Origin: an uncultured Chloroflexia bacterium
GTDB lineage: Bacteria > Chloroflexota > Ktedonobacteria > Ktedonobacterales > JADMIN01
NCBI GenBank assembly: GCA_963718915.1
Contig: CAVRAI010000007.1
Coordinates: 30,001-62,000 of the forward strand
Direction: 5' to 3'
Length of the DNA stretch: 32,000 nt
Shown here: one piece after another, positions 16,314-24,006 of the stretch
Layout of the letters: the number at the start of each line of letters is the position of its first letter
How positions within the stretch are numbered: position 1 is the first letter of the stretch
Program-made: the position numbers and the translations under genes
The notes under the pieces: generated by a model
What the model was told of the DNA's origin: nothing
Databases searched by the model: none
What the model saw: the letters and a program-made list of their open reading frames with translations, nothing else

Positions 16314-16890
16314 TCTCCCGCGACGAGCTTGCCACCCTGAGCGCCGTAATCAGCGCTGGATAGTCCATCGTGGTGAAGTCGCTGGTGTCCAACTCGTAGA
16401 GCGTACCGCCGATAGCCAGCGGCTCGATGCGTCCGCGCAACAGTAGCTCGCGGTGTTCGTCAAGATTGTTTGTCTCGACATGGCCGGGATGGCGATCCGC
16501 TGACCGCGCCCGCTGGCAGTAGCGCTCGTATAGCGTTGGCCCATCGGCCACGCAAAGTATCTGGAACGGCGTGAAGGGGTGCGTCTGCTGAAGCGCGCGG
16601 AATCGCTCGCCATCGCGGTCGGGATAGAAGTTGCATTCGACGATGCATGGCTTTCCAGCGCGCAGCTGCTCTTCCAGCAGCAGGTAGAGCAGCGCCATCG
16701 TCGCCGTCCCCAGGCGTCGCGACCACGCGCGGTCACTCCAGCCGAGTGTCTCGAACAGCGTCTCCTTGATGTCGTCCTTGGCCAGCAGCGGCATCCGCAG
16801 ATCATCGGCGAGCTGCCGCGCCAGCGTCGTCTTACCGGTGGCGGGCAGCCCGTTCACCACAATCACCAGCGGCGATGGACGCTCGGTCAT
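16294..16890 (-). CDS. P-loop kinase-like / AAA family ATPase
   Basis: Walker A GLPATGKTTLARQLA near the N-terminus; about 200 aa, the size of a small-molecule kinase. Its 3' end overlaps the convergent gene by 20 bp. Confidence 0.7.
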   Translation of the reverse strand: MTERPSPLVIVVNGLPATGKTTLARQLADDLRMPLLAKDDIKETLFETLGWSDRAWSRRLGTATMALLYLLLEEQLRAGKPCIVECNFYPDRDGERFRALQQTHPFTPFQILCVADGPTLYERYCQRARSADRHPGHVETNNLDEHRELLLRGRIEPLAIGGTLYELDTSDFTTMDYPALITALRVASSSREITDTRD

Positions 16891-16977
16891 GTGGGCTGCT
16901 CCATCGAAGAGTGGTCGGTTATAGAAATCACCACGGATCGCACGTCTGAAAGGGCAACACGCGCCTGGGATAAACGC

Positions 16978-17004
16978 TAGCCGTAGGCTGAAGACCTACG
17001 GCTA
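16978..17004 (-). terminator. perfect 10-bp hairpin, possible recA terminator
   Basis: TAGCCGTAGG, CTGAAGA loop, CCTACGGCTA. On the minus strand it is followed by GCGTTTATCC (weak T tract). Confidence 0.3.
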
Positions 17005-17110
17005 ATCCTGGGTCGAGCGTATCGGCTTGCCCGTCAAAGAAGCGTGTAAGGGTGGGATTAGCCGCGGCATTCATGCCGTTTTACAAATTACTGGACACTG
17101 CGCTGCCGTA

Positions 17111-17278
17111 CGCGGGCGGTTGAAACCGCGCCTCTGGGGCTCTGGCCACAAAACCTGCCTGCGCAGGTTGCACAGAACCGTCCGCCACCGCGTATCCCGT
17201 TGGGACACGATCTGGGCAGTCCGCGTCGGCGGACTTCGTGGCCGCAGGCCCAAGAGGCGCGGTTTCAACCGCCCGCGC
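17111..17278. repeat. structured intergenic repeat, copy 1 (REPIN/MITE-like, two inverted modules)
   Basis: Perfect 25-bp terminal inverted repeat (17111-17135 / 17253-17277). Inside are GGCCACAAA plus the hairpin ACCTGC-ctgc-GCAGGT (17144-17168), and the hairpin GTCCGC-gtcg-GCGGAC plus TTCGTGGCC (17219-17243). Confidence 0.8.
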
Positions 17279-17345
17279 TGACCGCTCCCTCGCAATTTCT
17301 ACAACTACATCATGCCGCGAAGGCACGCCCACACCTCCGCGCCTA

Positions 17346-18434
17346 CTAAACTTCCCCCTCCTCCGCCGTGTCGTCCGCTTCTTCGACAGCGACCGCCGGG
17401 GCAACCGCCGCGCGGATCTGCGCCTCGATGGCGTCGGCGACATCGGCGTTCTGGCGCAGATATTCCTTGGCGTTCTCGCGCCCCTGGCCCAGCCGGATAT
17501 CGCCGACCGAGAAGAACGCGCCCGCCTTCTTGATGATGCCCATTTCGAGGCCAACATCGATCAGGCCGCCCTCGCGCGAGATGCCCTCGTTAAACATGAT
17601 GTCGAACTCGGCAACGCGGAAAGGCGCCGCGACCTTGTTCTTGACCACCTTCACCCGCGCCCGGCTGCCCACCACCTCGGTACCCGTCTTAATCGAGTCA
17701 ATGCGGCGGATATCCAGCCGAATGGATGCGTAGAACTTCAGCGCCCGCCCGCCAGAGGTCGTCTCGGGTGAGCCGAACATGACGCCGATCTTCTCGCGCA
17801 GTTGGTTGGTGAAGATGACTGCCGTCTTCGAGTTGTTGATGGCCCCAGTCAGCTTGCGCAGCGCCTGGCTCATCAGTCGCGCCTGCAAGCCCACATGCGA
17901 GTCGCCCATCTCGCCCTCGATTTCGGCGCGTGGAACCAGCGCGGCCACCGAGTCGATCACGACCACATCCACCGCGCCGCTGCGCACCAGCATCTCGACG
18001 ATTTCCAGCGCCTGCTCGCCCGTATCTGGCTGCGAGATCAACAGGTCATTGACGTTGACGCCCAGCCGCTCGGCATAGCCGGGATCGAGCGCGTGCTCCG
18101 CGTCGACAATCGCGCAGATGCCGCCACGCCGTTGCGCATTGGCGATAATATGCAGACAGAGAGTCGTTTTGCCCGAGCTTTCTGGCCCATAAATCTCGGT
18201 GACGCGCCCGCGAGGGACACCGCCGATGCCCAGCGCCAGATCGAGCATGATCGAGCCAGTTGGGATAGATTCGATTTTGACGTGCGCCCGGTGTTCGCCG
18301 AGCTTCATGATGGCGCCTTTGCCAAAGCGGCGCTCGATCTGAGAGACCGTCAACTCCAGCGACTTCTCGCGTTCGCTGGCGCTTGCGCCGTACGCCACCG
18401 GGGTAGCGTTGTTGCTGCCGCGATCTGCAGGCAT
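17346..18434 (-). CDS. recA: recombinase RecA
   Basis: [10 protein letters not shown] Walker [77 protein letters not shown]. Confidence 0.97.
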   Translation of the reverse strand: MPADRGSNNATPVAYGASASEREKSLELTVSQIERRFGKGAIMKLGEHRAHVKIESIPTGSIMLDLALGIGGVPRGRVTEIYGPESSGKTTLCLHIIANAQRRGGICAIVDAEHALDPGYAERLGVNVNDLLISQPDTGEQALEIVEMLVRSGAVDVVVIDSVAALVPRAEIEGEMGDSHVGLQARLMSQALRKLTGAINNSKTAVIFTNQLREKIGVMFGSPETTSGGRALKFYASIRLDIRRIDSIKTGTEVVGSRARVKVVKNKVAAPFRVAEFDIMFNEGISREGGLIDVGLEMGIIKKAGAFFSVGDIRLGQGRENAKEYLRQNADVADAIEAQIRAAVAPAVAVEEADDTAEEGEV

Positions 18435-18555
18435 GCTTGCTCCTCTTTCATTCGCCCGGACGGCGGGCGCAACCTTCTTCCACCCAGGGAAGAAGCGAAT
18501 TCAGGATGTTGGGGAGAATGTGTCGCCGGATGACTTACGAGTGTCCTAAATGCTA

Positions 18556-18567
18556 GAACATACGTAC
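18556..18567 (-). promoter_or_regulatory. LexA (SOS/Cheo-type) box candidate
   Basis: Plus strand reads GAACATACGTAC (minus strand GTACGTATGTTC). This is GAAC-N4-GTTC with one mismatch, 1 nt downstream of the -10 box. Confidence 0.55.
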
Positions 18568-18568
18568 A

Positions 18569-18597
18569 ATTTTATGCGATTTTGACTCCAGCGTCAA
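18569..18597 (-). promoter_or_regulatory. recA promoter
   Basis: Minus strand reads TTGACG, a 17-nt spacer, then TAAAAT, about 130 nt upstream of the recA ATG. Confidence 0.6.
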
Positions 18598-18657
18598 TAG
18601 TCCTTTCTTTTCGGGCTATTGCTGACCGGAAGCCGCCACGGCCCAGGGACTTTCGGG

Positions 18658-19236
18658 TCACTCAGTCGTCGGGACACTCTCGTCATCGCGAAAGCGCTCC
18701 AAATCGGGAGTGATGCCAAACGCCGCGCTGATCTCCTGATTATGGCTCATCTCGTGGCGAAGCAGCACGCGGAGCAGTCCGCCGACGCTCGGCCCGCGCG
18801 ATGTGATGACTGACTCATCTTTCTGCGCGTCCAGTGTGCGTGCATGGGCAAGCTCCGGGAAGCGGCGCTCCTGCCAGTTTTCGCCGCCGGGGCCAATCGC
18901 GCTGGCCAGCACGCGATCAGGGGAGGCCTGGAGCGCGGACATCAAATCGTCGCGGGTGATGTTGGCGTAGCGGCGCATGGCGCGGGCGTTGTAGGCGTCT
19001 ACATCGCGTAGCGCATCAATCAGCACAGGCGGCAGCGCGCGCAACCGACTGATCTCGAAGACGCCGACCGCCCACTCATCCCAGGCGAGAATATGCGCCA
19101 GCAAATCGTGCAATGACCGATCTCCAGGCAAGAGCGGCTCGCGCCAGCGGTCTTCCTTAATCTGGTCGGCCAGCGCCAGCGTCGTCAGCCGTTGTTCGCG
19201 CAGCGCATGCAGAGTATCATCAGTCTTCAACATCAT
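18658..19236 (-). CDS. DinB-family (DinB_2-like) protein
   Basis: Helical-bundle-type sequence with His residues (LHDLLAHILAWDEW, LLRHEMSHNQE). The start is ambiguous: ATG 19236, ATG 19233 or TTG 19230, directly after GGAGG. Confidence 0.65.
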   Translation of the reverse strand: MMLKTDDTLHALREQRLTTLALADQIKEDRWREPLLPGDRSLHDLLAHILAWDEWAVGVFEISRLRALPPVLIDALRDVDAYNARAMRRYANITRDDLMSALQASPDRVLASAIGPGGENWQERRFPELAHARTLDAQKDESVITSRGPSVGGLLRVLLRHEMSHNQEISAAFGITPDLERFRDDESVPTTE

Positions 19237-19297
19237 CCTCCACCGCGATATGCTGAAATCTCCGGCGCTCCGCCGAGAGGCGCGCGTTACACCAGGC

Positions 19298-19933
19298 TTA
19301 CAGTTCTCGCCGTCCCTCCAGCGCACGGCTCAACGTGCCCTCGTCCGCGTACTCCAGATCGCCGCCAATCGGCAGCCCGCGCGCCAGGCGCGTCACCATG
19401 AGGTCAGGTCGCGCGATCAGCGGCGCGATATAGGCGGCGGTATAGTCGCCCTCATAGTTGGGGTTGGTCGCCAGAATCACCTCGCTCACCGGCTCATGGT
19501 CGCCGTTGGCGTTGGCGTTGGGGCCAGTGTTTGCGCGCGTCCGGGCTACCAGCTCGTCGATGCGCAGGTCGCGCGGGCCGATGCCCTCGATGGGCGAAAG
19601 CGCGCCATGCAAGACGTGATATAGCCCCTTGAACACGCCGGTTTTTTCGAGCGCCAGCACATCCAGTGGCTCCTCGACGACGCAGATGATCTGGCGATCA
19701 CGCTGGCTGTTGGCGCAGATGGGGCAGGGGTCGGTCTCCGTCAGGTTATAACAGATAGAGCACTGGATGATGCTCTCCTTGACCTGCGTAATGGCCTCTG
19801 CCAGTCGCCGCGCCTGCTCGGCGGGACTGCGAAGAATGTAGAAGGTGAGCCGTTGCGCCGTCTTGGGGCCAATGCCAGGAAGCTTGGCCAACTCTTCGAT
19901 CAGCGCTGTCACCAAGGCGGATGTTGTTTGCAT
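19298..19933 (-). CDS. recR: recombination protein RecR
   Basis: LIEELAKLPGIGPKTAQRLTFYIL helix-hairpin-helix, the C4 zinc finger CSICYNLTETDPCPIC and a Toprim region. Confidence 0.95.
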   Translation of the reverse strand: MQTTSALVTALIEELAKLPGIGPKTAQRLTFYILRSPAEQARRLAEAITQVKESIIQCSICYNLTETDPCPICANSQRDRQIICVVEEPLDVLALEKTGVFKGLYHVLHGALSPIEGIGPRDLRIDELVARTRANTGPNANANGDHEPVSEVILATNPNYEGDYTAAYIAPLIARPDLMVTRLARGLPIGGDLEYADEGTLSRALEGRREL

Positions 19934-19975
19934 CGTATGCTCTTCTGCTCGCGGTCCCCGAAAAAACGCGCGCCC

Positions 19976-20284
19976 TTAGAAGCCCATGCCCGGCGGCAGT
20001 TTCATACCGCCCGTCATCGAGGTCATGATCTTCTGCTGCGCGTCTATCACTTTCTCGAACGCATCCTTACAGGCTGCCAGAATCATATCTTCGAGCATGC
20101 CCACATCCTCAGGATCAACCACTTCCTGGCTCAGCTTGAGCGCTGTCACCTCGAAGCGGCCGGTCATCGTCACCTGGACGGCATCGCCACCGGATGTGCC
20201 AACGAAGTCGCTGTTTTGCAGGTCTTCCTGCATCTTCATCAGCTTCGCCTGCATCCGTTGAAGGTCTTTCATATTGAATCCCAT
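19976..20284 (-). CDS. YbaB/EbfC family nucleoid-associated protein
   Basis: MGFNMKDLQRMQAKLMKMQEDL...VQVTMTGRFEVTALKLSQEVVDPEDVGMLEDMILAACKDAFEKV. Start at ATG 20284, with AAAGGAG upstream. Confidence 0.9.
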   Translation of the reverse strand: MGFNMKDLQRMQAKLMKMQEDLQNSDFVGTSGGDAVQVTMTGRFEVTALKLSQEVVDPEDVGMLEDMILAACKDAFEKVIDAQQKIMTSMTGGMKLPPGMGF

Positions 20285-20410
20285 TGGTGGGCTCGCTCCT
20301 TTTTGTGGGACTTGCTGGCATACAGCCATGCACCGAGTATCATATGGGGAACCAGTGACGCGATCTGGCGCGGTGTCATCCACCATCACCCACGCGCACG
20401 AACAGTATGC

Positions 20411-20439
20411 ATTCTATCACTTCTTCCCGATGCTGCCCA
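20411..20439 (-). promoter_or_regulatory. candidate extended -10 promoter of ybaB-recR
   Basis: Minus strand reads TGGGCA, a 17-nt spacer, then TAGAAT; the last three spacer bases are TGA, giving the extended -10 TGATAGAAT. About 120 nt upstream of the ybaB ATG. Confidence 0.4.
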
Positions 20440-20519
20440 CGCCGGTAGTGTTCCGGTAGTGTTCTAGTAGCAGGGATGCGCAGGTTGTGGCATAGTTAAC
20501 ACGTCCCAGACGACGTGAT

Positions 20520-20695
20520 GGCTGGCGGTTAAAACCGCGCCTGATTGGCCTCGCTGCGCTCCGCCACCAAGTCCGCCTGCGCGGACTTCCCAATAAGCGC
20601 CCCGGCGAGACAGACGAGGAACCAGCCTGGGAGAAACCCGCGACGGCGGGTTTCGTGGCCACAGGTCAAATAGGCGCGGTTTTAACCGCCCGCGC
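20520..20695. repeat. structured intergenic repeat, copy 2
   Basis: Perfect 19-bp TIR GGCGGTTAAAACCGCGCCT (20524-20542 / 20672-20690). Hairpins GTCCGC-ctgc-GCGGAC (20571-20586) and AAACCCGC-gacg-GCGGGTTT (20634-20653), the latter followed by CGTGGCCAC. Confidence 0.8.
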
Positions 20696-20717
20696 TCTCT
20701 TCCCAAGGAGCCTTATC

Positions 20718-21983
20718 GTGGCTGATACGCCAGATACGCCAGATACCAACCTGCCCACTTTATCTTCAGCGCCCGCCGAATCTGCTGAGTCGGTCGAGCT
20801 GGCGGAGCAGCGCACAGAGCCAGCGCGACTGCCGACGGCGCTGGTCTATGACCCGGCGATGCTGGATCATCAGGTGCCAGAGGAGTTTCCGGAGACGCCG
20901 GAGCGGCTGGAGCGCGGTATCGCCCTGATCGAGGCGCTGATCGCCGAGGAGACGCTGGCCGCCGAGCGCGTGCTGCGGCTGGATGCTCGCCCAGCCACCC
21001 CTGATGAACTGGTCGCGGTGCATACGCCCGCCTACGTCGCCAAAGTGCAGCTAGCGGTCGAGCGGCTGCGCGAGCGCGAGGGAGGCGCTGCTGACTCGGT
21101 GAAGTTCGCCACTGATGTCTATATCTCGCCAGGCAGCTACCTCGCCGCCACACTGGCCGCGGGCGCCCCGCTGGTGGCGCTGGATGCCATCGGCGAGGGA
21201 CGCGCCCATAACGGCTACGCGCTGGTACGTCCCCCTGGCCACCATGCCCGGCCCGCGCAGGCGATGGGCTTCTGCCTCTTCAACAACGTGGCCGTCGCCG
21301 CCCGCTACGCGCAGAGGCGTTGGGGCTGGCAGAAGGTGCTCATCGTGGATTATGACGTGCACCACGGTAACGGAACGCAGGAAATGTTCTACGACGATCC
21401 CGATGTCGTCTACTTCTCGACCCACCAGTTCCCCTGGTATCCCGGCACGGGCGCATCCACAGAACTTGGCGAGGGCGCGGGCAAAGGCGCGACGATCAAC
21501 GTGCCGCTGCCACCCGGCTCCGGCTGGAGCGTCTACGATCCCATCTTCCGCCAGGTGCTCTGGCCAGTCGCCGACCGCATGAAACCCGATGTCATCCTGC
21601 TCTCGGCGGGCTTCGACGCCCACTGGATGGATCCGCTGGGCGATATGCGTCTCAGCAACGCCGATTTCTCCGACCTGACGCTCGAGGTGGTCGAGATGGC
21701 CAACCGCTATTGCGATGGGCGGCTGGTCGTGGTGCAGGAGGGCGGCTACCACCTGGACGCTGTGACGCAGTGTATGGCGACAACGCTGGTGGCGCTATCC
21801 GGCAGCGACGGCATCCTCGATTCGTTGGGGCTGGCCCCGCCACTGACGTCACGTTGGAACGATGAGGCCATCGTCAGCGCGCTCTACCAGCTACACGATC
21901 TGGCAGGCTACCGCCGCAAGCCGCGCCGCCAGGGCAAGCGCATCACTCCGGAACAGAAACCGGAATCCACGCCAGGGGAGTAG
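20718..21983 (+). CDS. histone deacetylase-family enzyme (class II HDAC / acetylpolyamine amidohydrolase / AcuC-like)
   Basis: LVRPPGHHA, DYDVHHGNGTQ, SAGFDAH, QEGGY. Start moved to GTG 20718 (AGGAG 7 nt upstream) because track start 20655 lies inside repeat copy 2. Confidence 0.88.
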   Translation: MADTPDTPDTNLPTLSSAPAESAESVELAEQRTEPARLPTALVYDPAMLDHQVPEEFPETPERLERGIALIEALIAEETLAAERVLRLDARPATPDELVAVHTPAYVAKVQLAVERLREREGGAADSVKFATDVYISPGSYLAATLAAGAPLVALDAIGEGRAHNGYALVRPPGHHARPAQAMGFCLFNNVAVAARYAQRRWGWQKVLIVDYDVHHGNGTQEMFYDDPDVVYFSTHQFPWYPGTGASTELGEGAGKGATINVPLPPGSGWSVYDPIFRQVLWPVADRMKPDVILLSAGFDAHWMDPLGDMRLSNADFSDLTLEVVEMANRYCDGRLVVVQEGGYHLDAVTQCMATTLVALSGSDGILDSLGLAPPLTSRWNDEAIVSALYQLHDLAGYRRKPRRQGKRITPEQKPESTPGE

Positions 21984-21991
21984 CAGGCGCG

Positions 21992-23695
21992 TCAACCCGC
22001 CACGGTGGTGAGCAACTGAATCACCGGCTTGCCATCGCTCAACTGGAGCCATGGTGTCAGGTTTCCGCTGAGTTGCACATCGGTCAGGCTGATGACGCCG
22101 CCACGCAGCGCAAACGTCCGCGCGCCCTGCTGGCTGGAACCGTTGGGCAGAACCATGCCAGCACTGGTTGTCGTACTGTGGTGAACGTCAAGGGCCATGC
22201 TGCGCACATTCACGATCCAGACATCGTGGCCGGTGATCTCTCCATCCACGCTGGCGGCGTCCTGCGTGATGTAGAGCTGGTTGCCATCGCCTGACAGTGT
22301 CAGGAACATCGAGCCAGTGAACCGCGTGCCCGGCAGCGAAATTGGCCCACCCAGCGGCACATCACCCACGAGCGTCGGCCCCTGGTCGCTGGCGTCCAGA
22401 ATGTAGCACTGGGCGTCTGGGCTGCCGTCGACGAGATATAACTGTGGCGTCTCGGCGCTGTTGCCGCTCAGCATCCGCGCCAGCGAGAAATCACCCGGAA
22501 GCGCAAGCTCCTGGCTCAGCGCGCCGGTCGTCGCGCTAAAGCGGCGGATCAGGGCGTAATGCTGCTGGTTGGGGCCAGTCAGCGCGAGCGCGTCGAAGAG
22601 CCACTGGCCGTCGGGCGAGAGCGCCAGCGCGCCATCCAGACCCGTTGCAACCGTCATCTTGCTGATGTCGAGATAGGGAATGGCCGACGGGAACGCCGAC
22701 ACAGGCAGGCTGCCAGGCGGTGGCGGCAGTGGCACAGATGTCGTATATCCGGGATTCAGGGAGCCGCTAATGGCGCCGCTGCTCAGGTCTACCACCAGGA
22801 TGTCGGGAACATCGCTCCGTGGATCGGGAATATCCAGCCCAACGTAGGCCACTGGTTGATCGAACGCCATCACCAGTGAGGCGCCGCTGACTCCACTGGG
22901 CAGCGCGCGACCGTCTGGCAGTGTCAGCGGAGTAATCGCGCTGATGTCTCCGGTCGTCGCATCGAAGATGACCAGCGCCTGACTCCCATTCTTCCCCGGC
23001 GCGGTCAGTTCCGCAACTGTCCCTCGGCTCACCTGTACCGCAACGGGCAACTGGCCCGGCTGGGCTACATGCAATGTGCCCCCTGAGGCTGGCAGCGAAT
23101 GGCGCACCTCTCCGCTGTGTTCATCGACGGCGATGATTTCAGCCACCTGCCACGTTTTGCCGGTGTGGTCGGTGATAGGGATGAGTTTGCTGGTCTCAGC
23201 GTAGAGAATGCCACTGGGCGCCGCCGATGGCACATGCGTCAGCCCGTTCTGCGAGCGTGTGGTGACGCCAGCGACCGCCGGAAACAGGAACGCAACCCCC
23301 AGAAAGACACAGATGACGGCAAGCCCTAATAGCCCTGTCAGCACGATAGTGCCGCCGCGCCCCAGCCGCGCCGTCATGCGCGCCACCTCATGCAGCGCCC
23401 GGCGCGACCGCAGATGAAGGCGCACGCTATCACGCAGATCCGTCACATAGGGCGCCGGCTCAGAGCCAAGAGAAGCGAGCAGCTCATAGGGGGAGCGCAA
23501 CGCCCGCGAGCGCGAGCTGCACGTCTCGCAGAAGACCAGATGCTCGCGTACGTGCCTGGCGATATCGGGCGGTAGCTCACCAGCAAACTCGGCGACGAGC
23601 ATCTCGGGATCGAGCGGACACTGAATGGTCTGCGTATGCATGCGCCGAGTCGTCACCCGTGCGATACGCACCGGCGGCGTCATCATCTCCGCCAT
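21992..23695 (-). CDS. zf-HC2-type anti-sigma factor with one TM and a large extracytoplasmic domain
   Basis: The N-terminal HxxxCxxC motif HLVFCETCSS, a TM segment (IVLTGLLGLAVICVFLGVAFLFPAV), then about 420 aa that are beta-rich. RBS AAGGAG before ATG 23695. Confidence 0.7.
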   Translation of the reverse strand: MAEMMTPPVRIARVTTRRMHTQTIQCPLDPEMLVAEFAGELPPDIARHVREHLVFCETCSSRSRALRSPYELLASLGSEPAPYVTDLRDSVRLHLRSRRALHEVARMTARLGRGGTIVLTGLLGLAVICVFLGVAFLFPAVAGVTTRSQNGLTHVPSAAPSGILYAETSKLIPITDHTGKTWQVAEIIAVDEHSGEVRHSLPASGGTLHVAQPGQLPVAVQVSRGTVAELTAPGKNGSQALVIFDATTGDISAITPLTLPDGRALPSGVSGASLVMAFDQPVAYVGLDIPDPRSDVPDILVVDLSSGAISGSLNPGYTTSVPLPPPPGSLPVSAFPSAIPYLDISKMTVATGLDGALALSPDGQWLFDALALTGPNQQHYALIRRFSATTGALSQELALPGDFSLARMLSGNSAETPQLYLVDGSPDAQCYILDASDQGPTLVGDVPLGGPISLPGTRFTGSMFLTLSGDGNQLYITQDAASVDGEITGHDVWIVNVRSMALDVHHSTTTSAGMVLPNGSSQQGARTFALRGGVISLTDVQLSGNLTPWLQLSDGKPVIQLLTTVAG

Positions 23696-24006
23696 CCCAG
23701 GCTCCTTATATGATTGTGTGCACTATTTCCATGAACAGGCAGACGAAAATGTCTGTTCGCGAACAGCACGCGCGAGAGACACCCATCTATAATACTGGGT
23801 CTGTATACACGTGTCGCCGCACGTCTTGGCGCGGCTGATCACGGCGTGGGGCTAAAAAAACACAGCCTCTTCCCTGAGTGATGTTCTTTCATGACCGCCA
23901 GCATGGGGGAGAGGTTCCGCTATATATAGAAACGCAGATGACGGCAAATAACCACGCCCCTGGGCGGCATCTGCCAGAATTCGTCAGCATAACTCGCTGA
24001 GAGCGC

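Noticed and set aside
17027-17295. ORFs 17027..17281 +, 17071..17295 -, 20417..20662 - and 20464..20706 -, which share RGFNRPR / GRLKPRL peptide strings.
   Set aside because: The shared peptides are translations of the terminal palindromes of the intergenic repeat family, read on both strands. This is not a conserved protein.
20285-20520. An SRP (4.5S/scRNA) gene, which often precedes dnaX-ybaB-recR.
   Set aside because: I read the minus strand of this interval and found neither the conserved domain IV motifs (GGAA tetraloop helix with the AGCAGC context) nor a suitable long hairpin. Only a promoter-like extended -10 and a leader are present.
20655-20717. Track start (GTG 20655) for the deacetylase gene.
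   Set aside because: These codons lie inside repeat copy 2. GTG 20718 has an AGGAG RBS at the right distance and is outside the repeat.
20724-20747. 9-bp tandem GATACGCCA x2.6 at the deacetylase 5' end (encodes DTPDTPDT).
   Set aside because: A short in-frame slippage repeat in a presumably disordered N-terminus, with no further signal.
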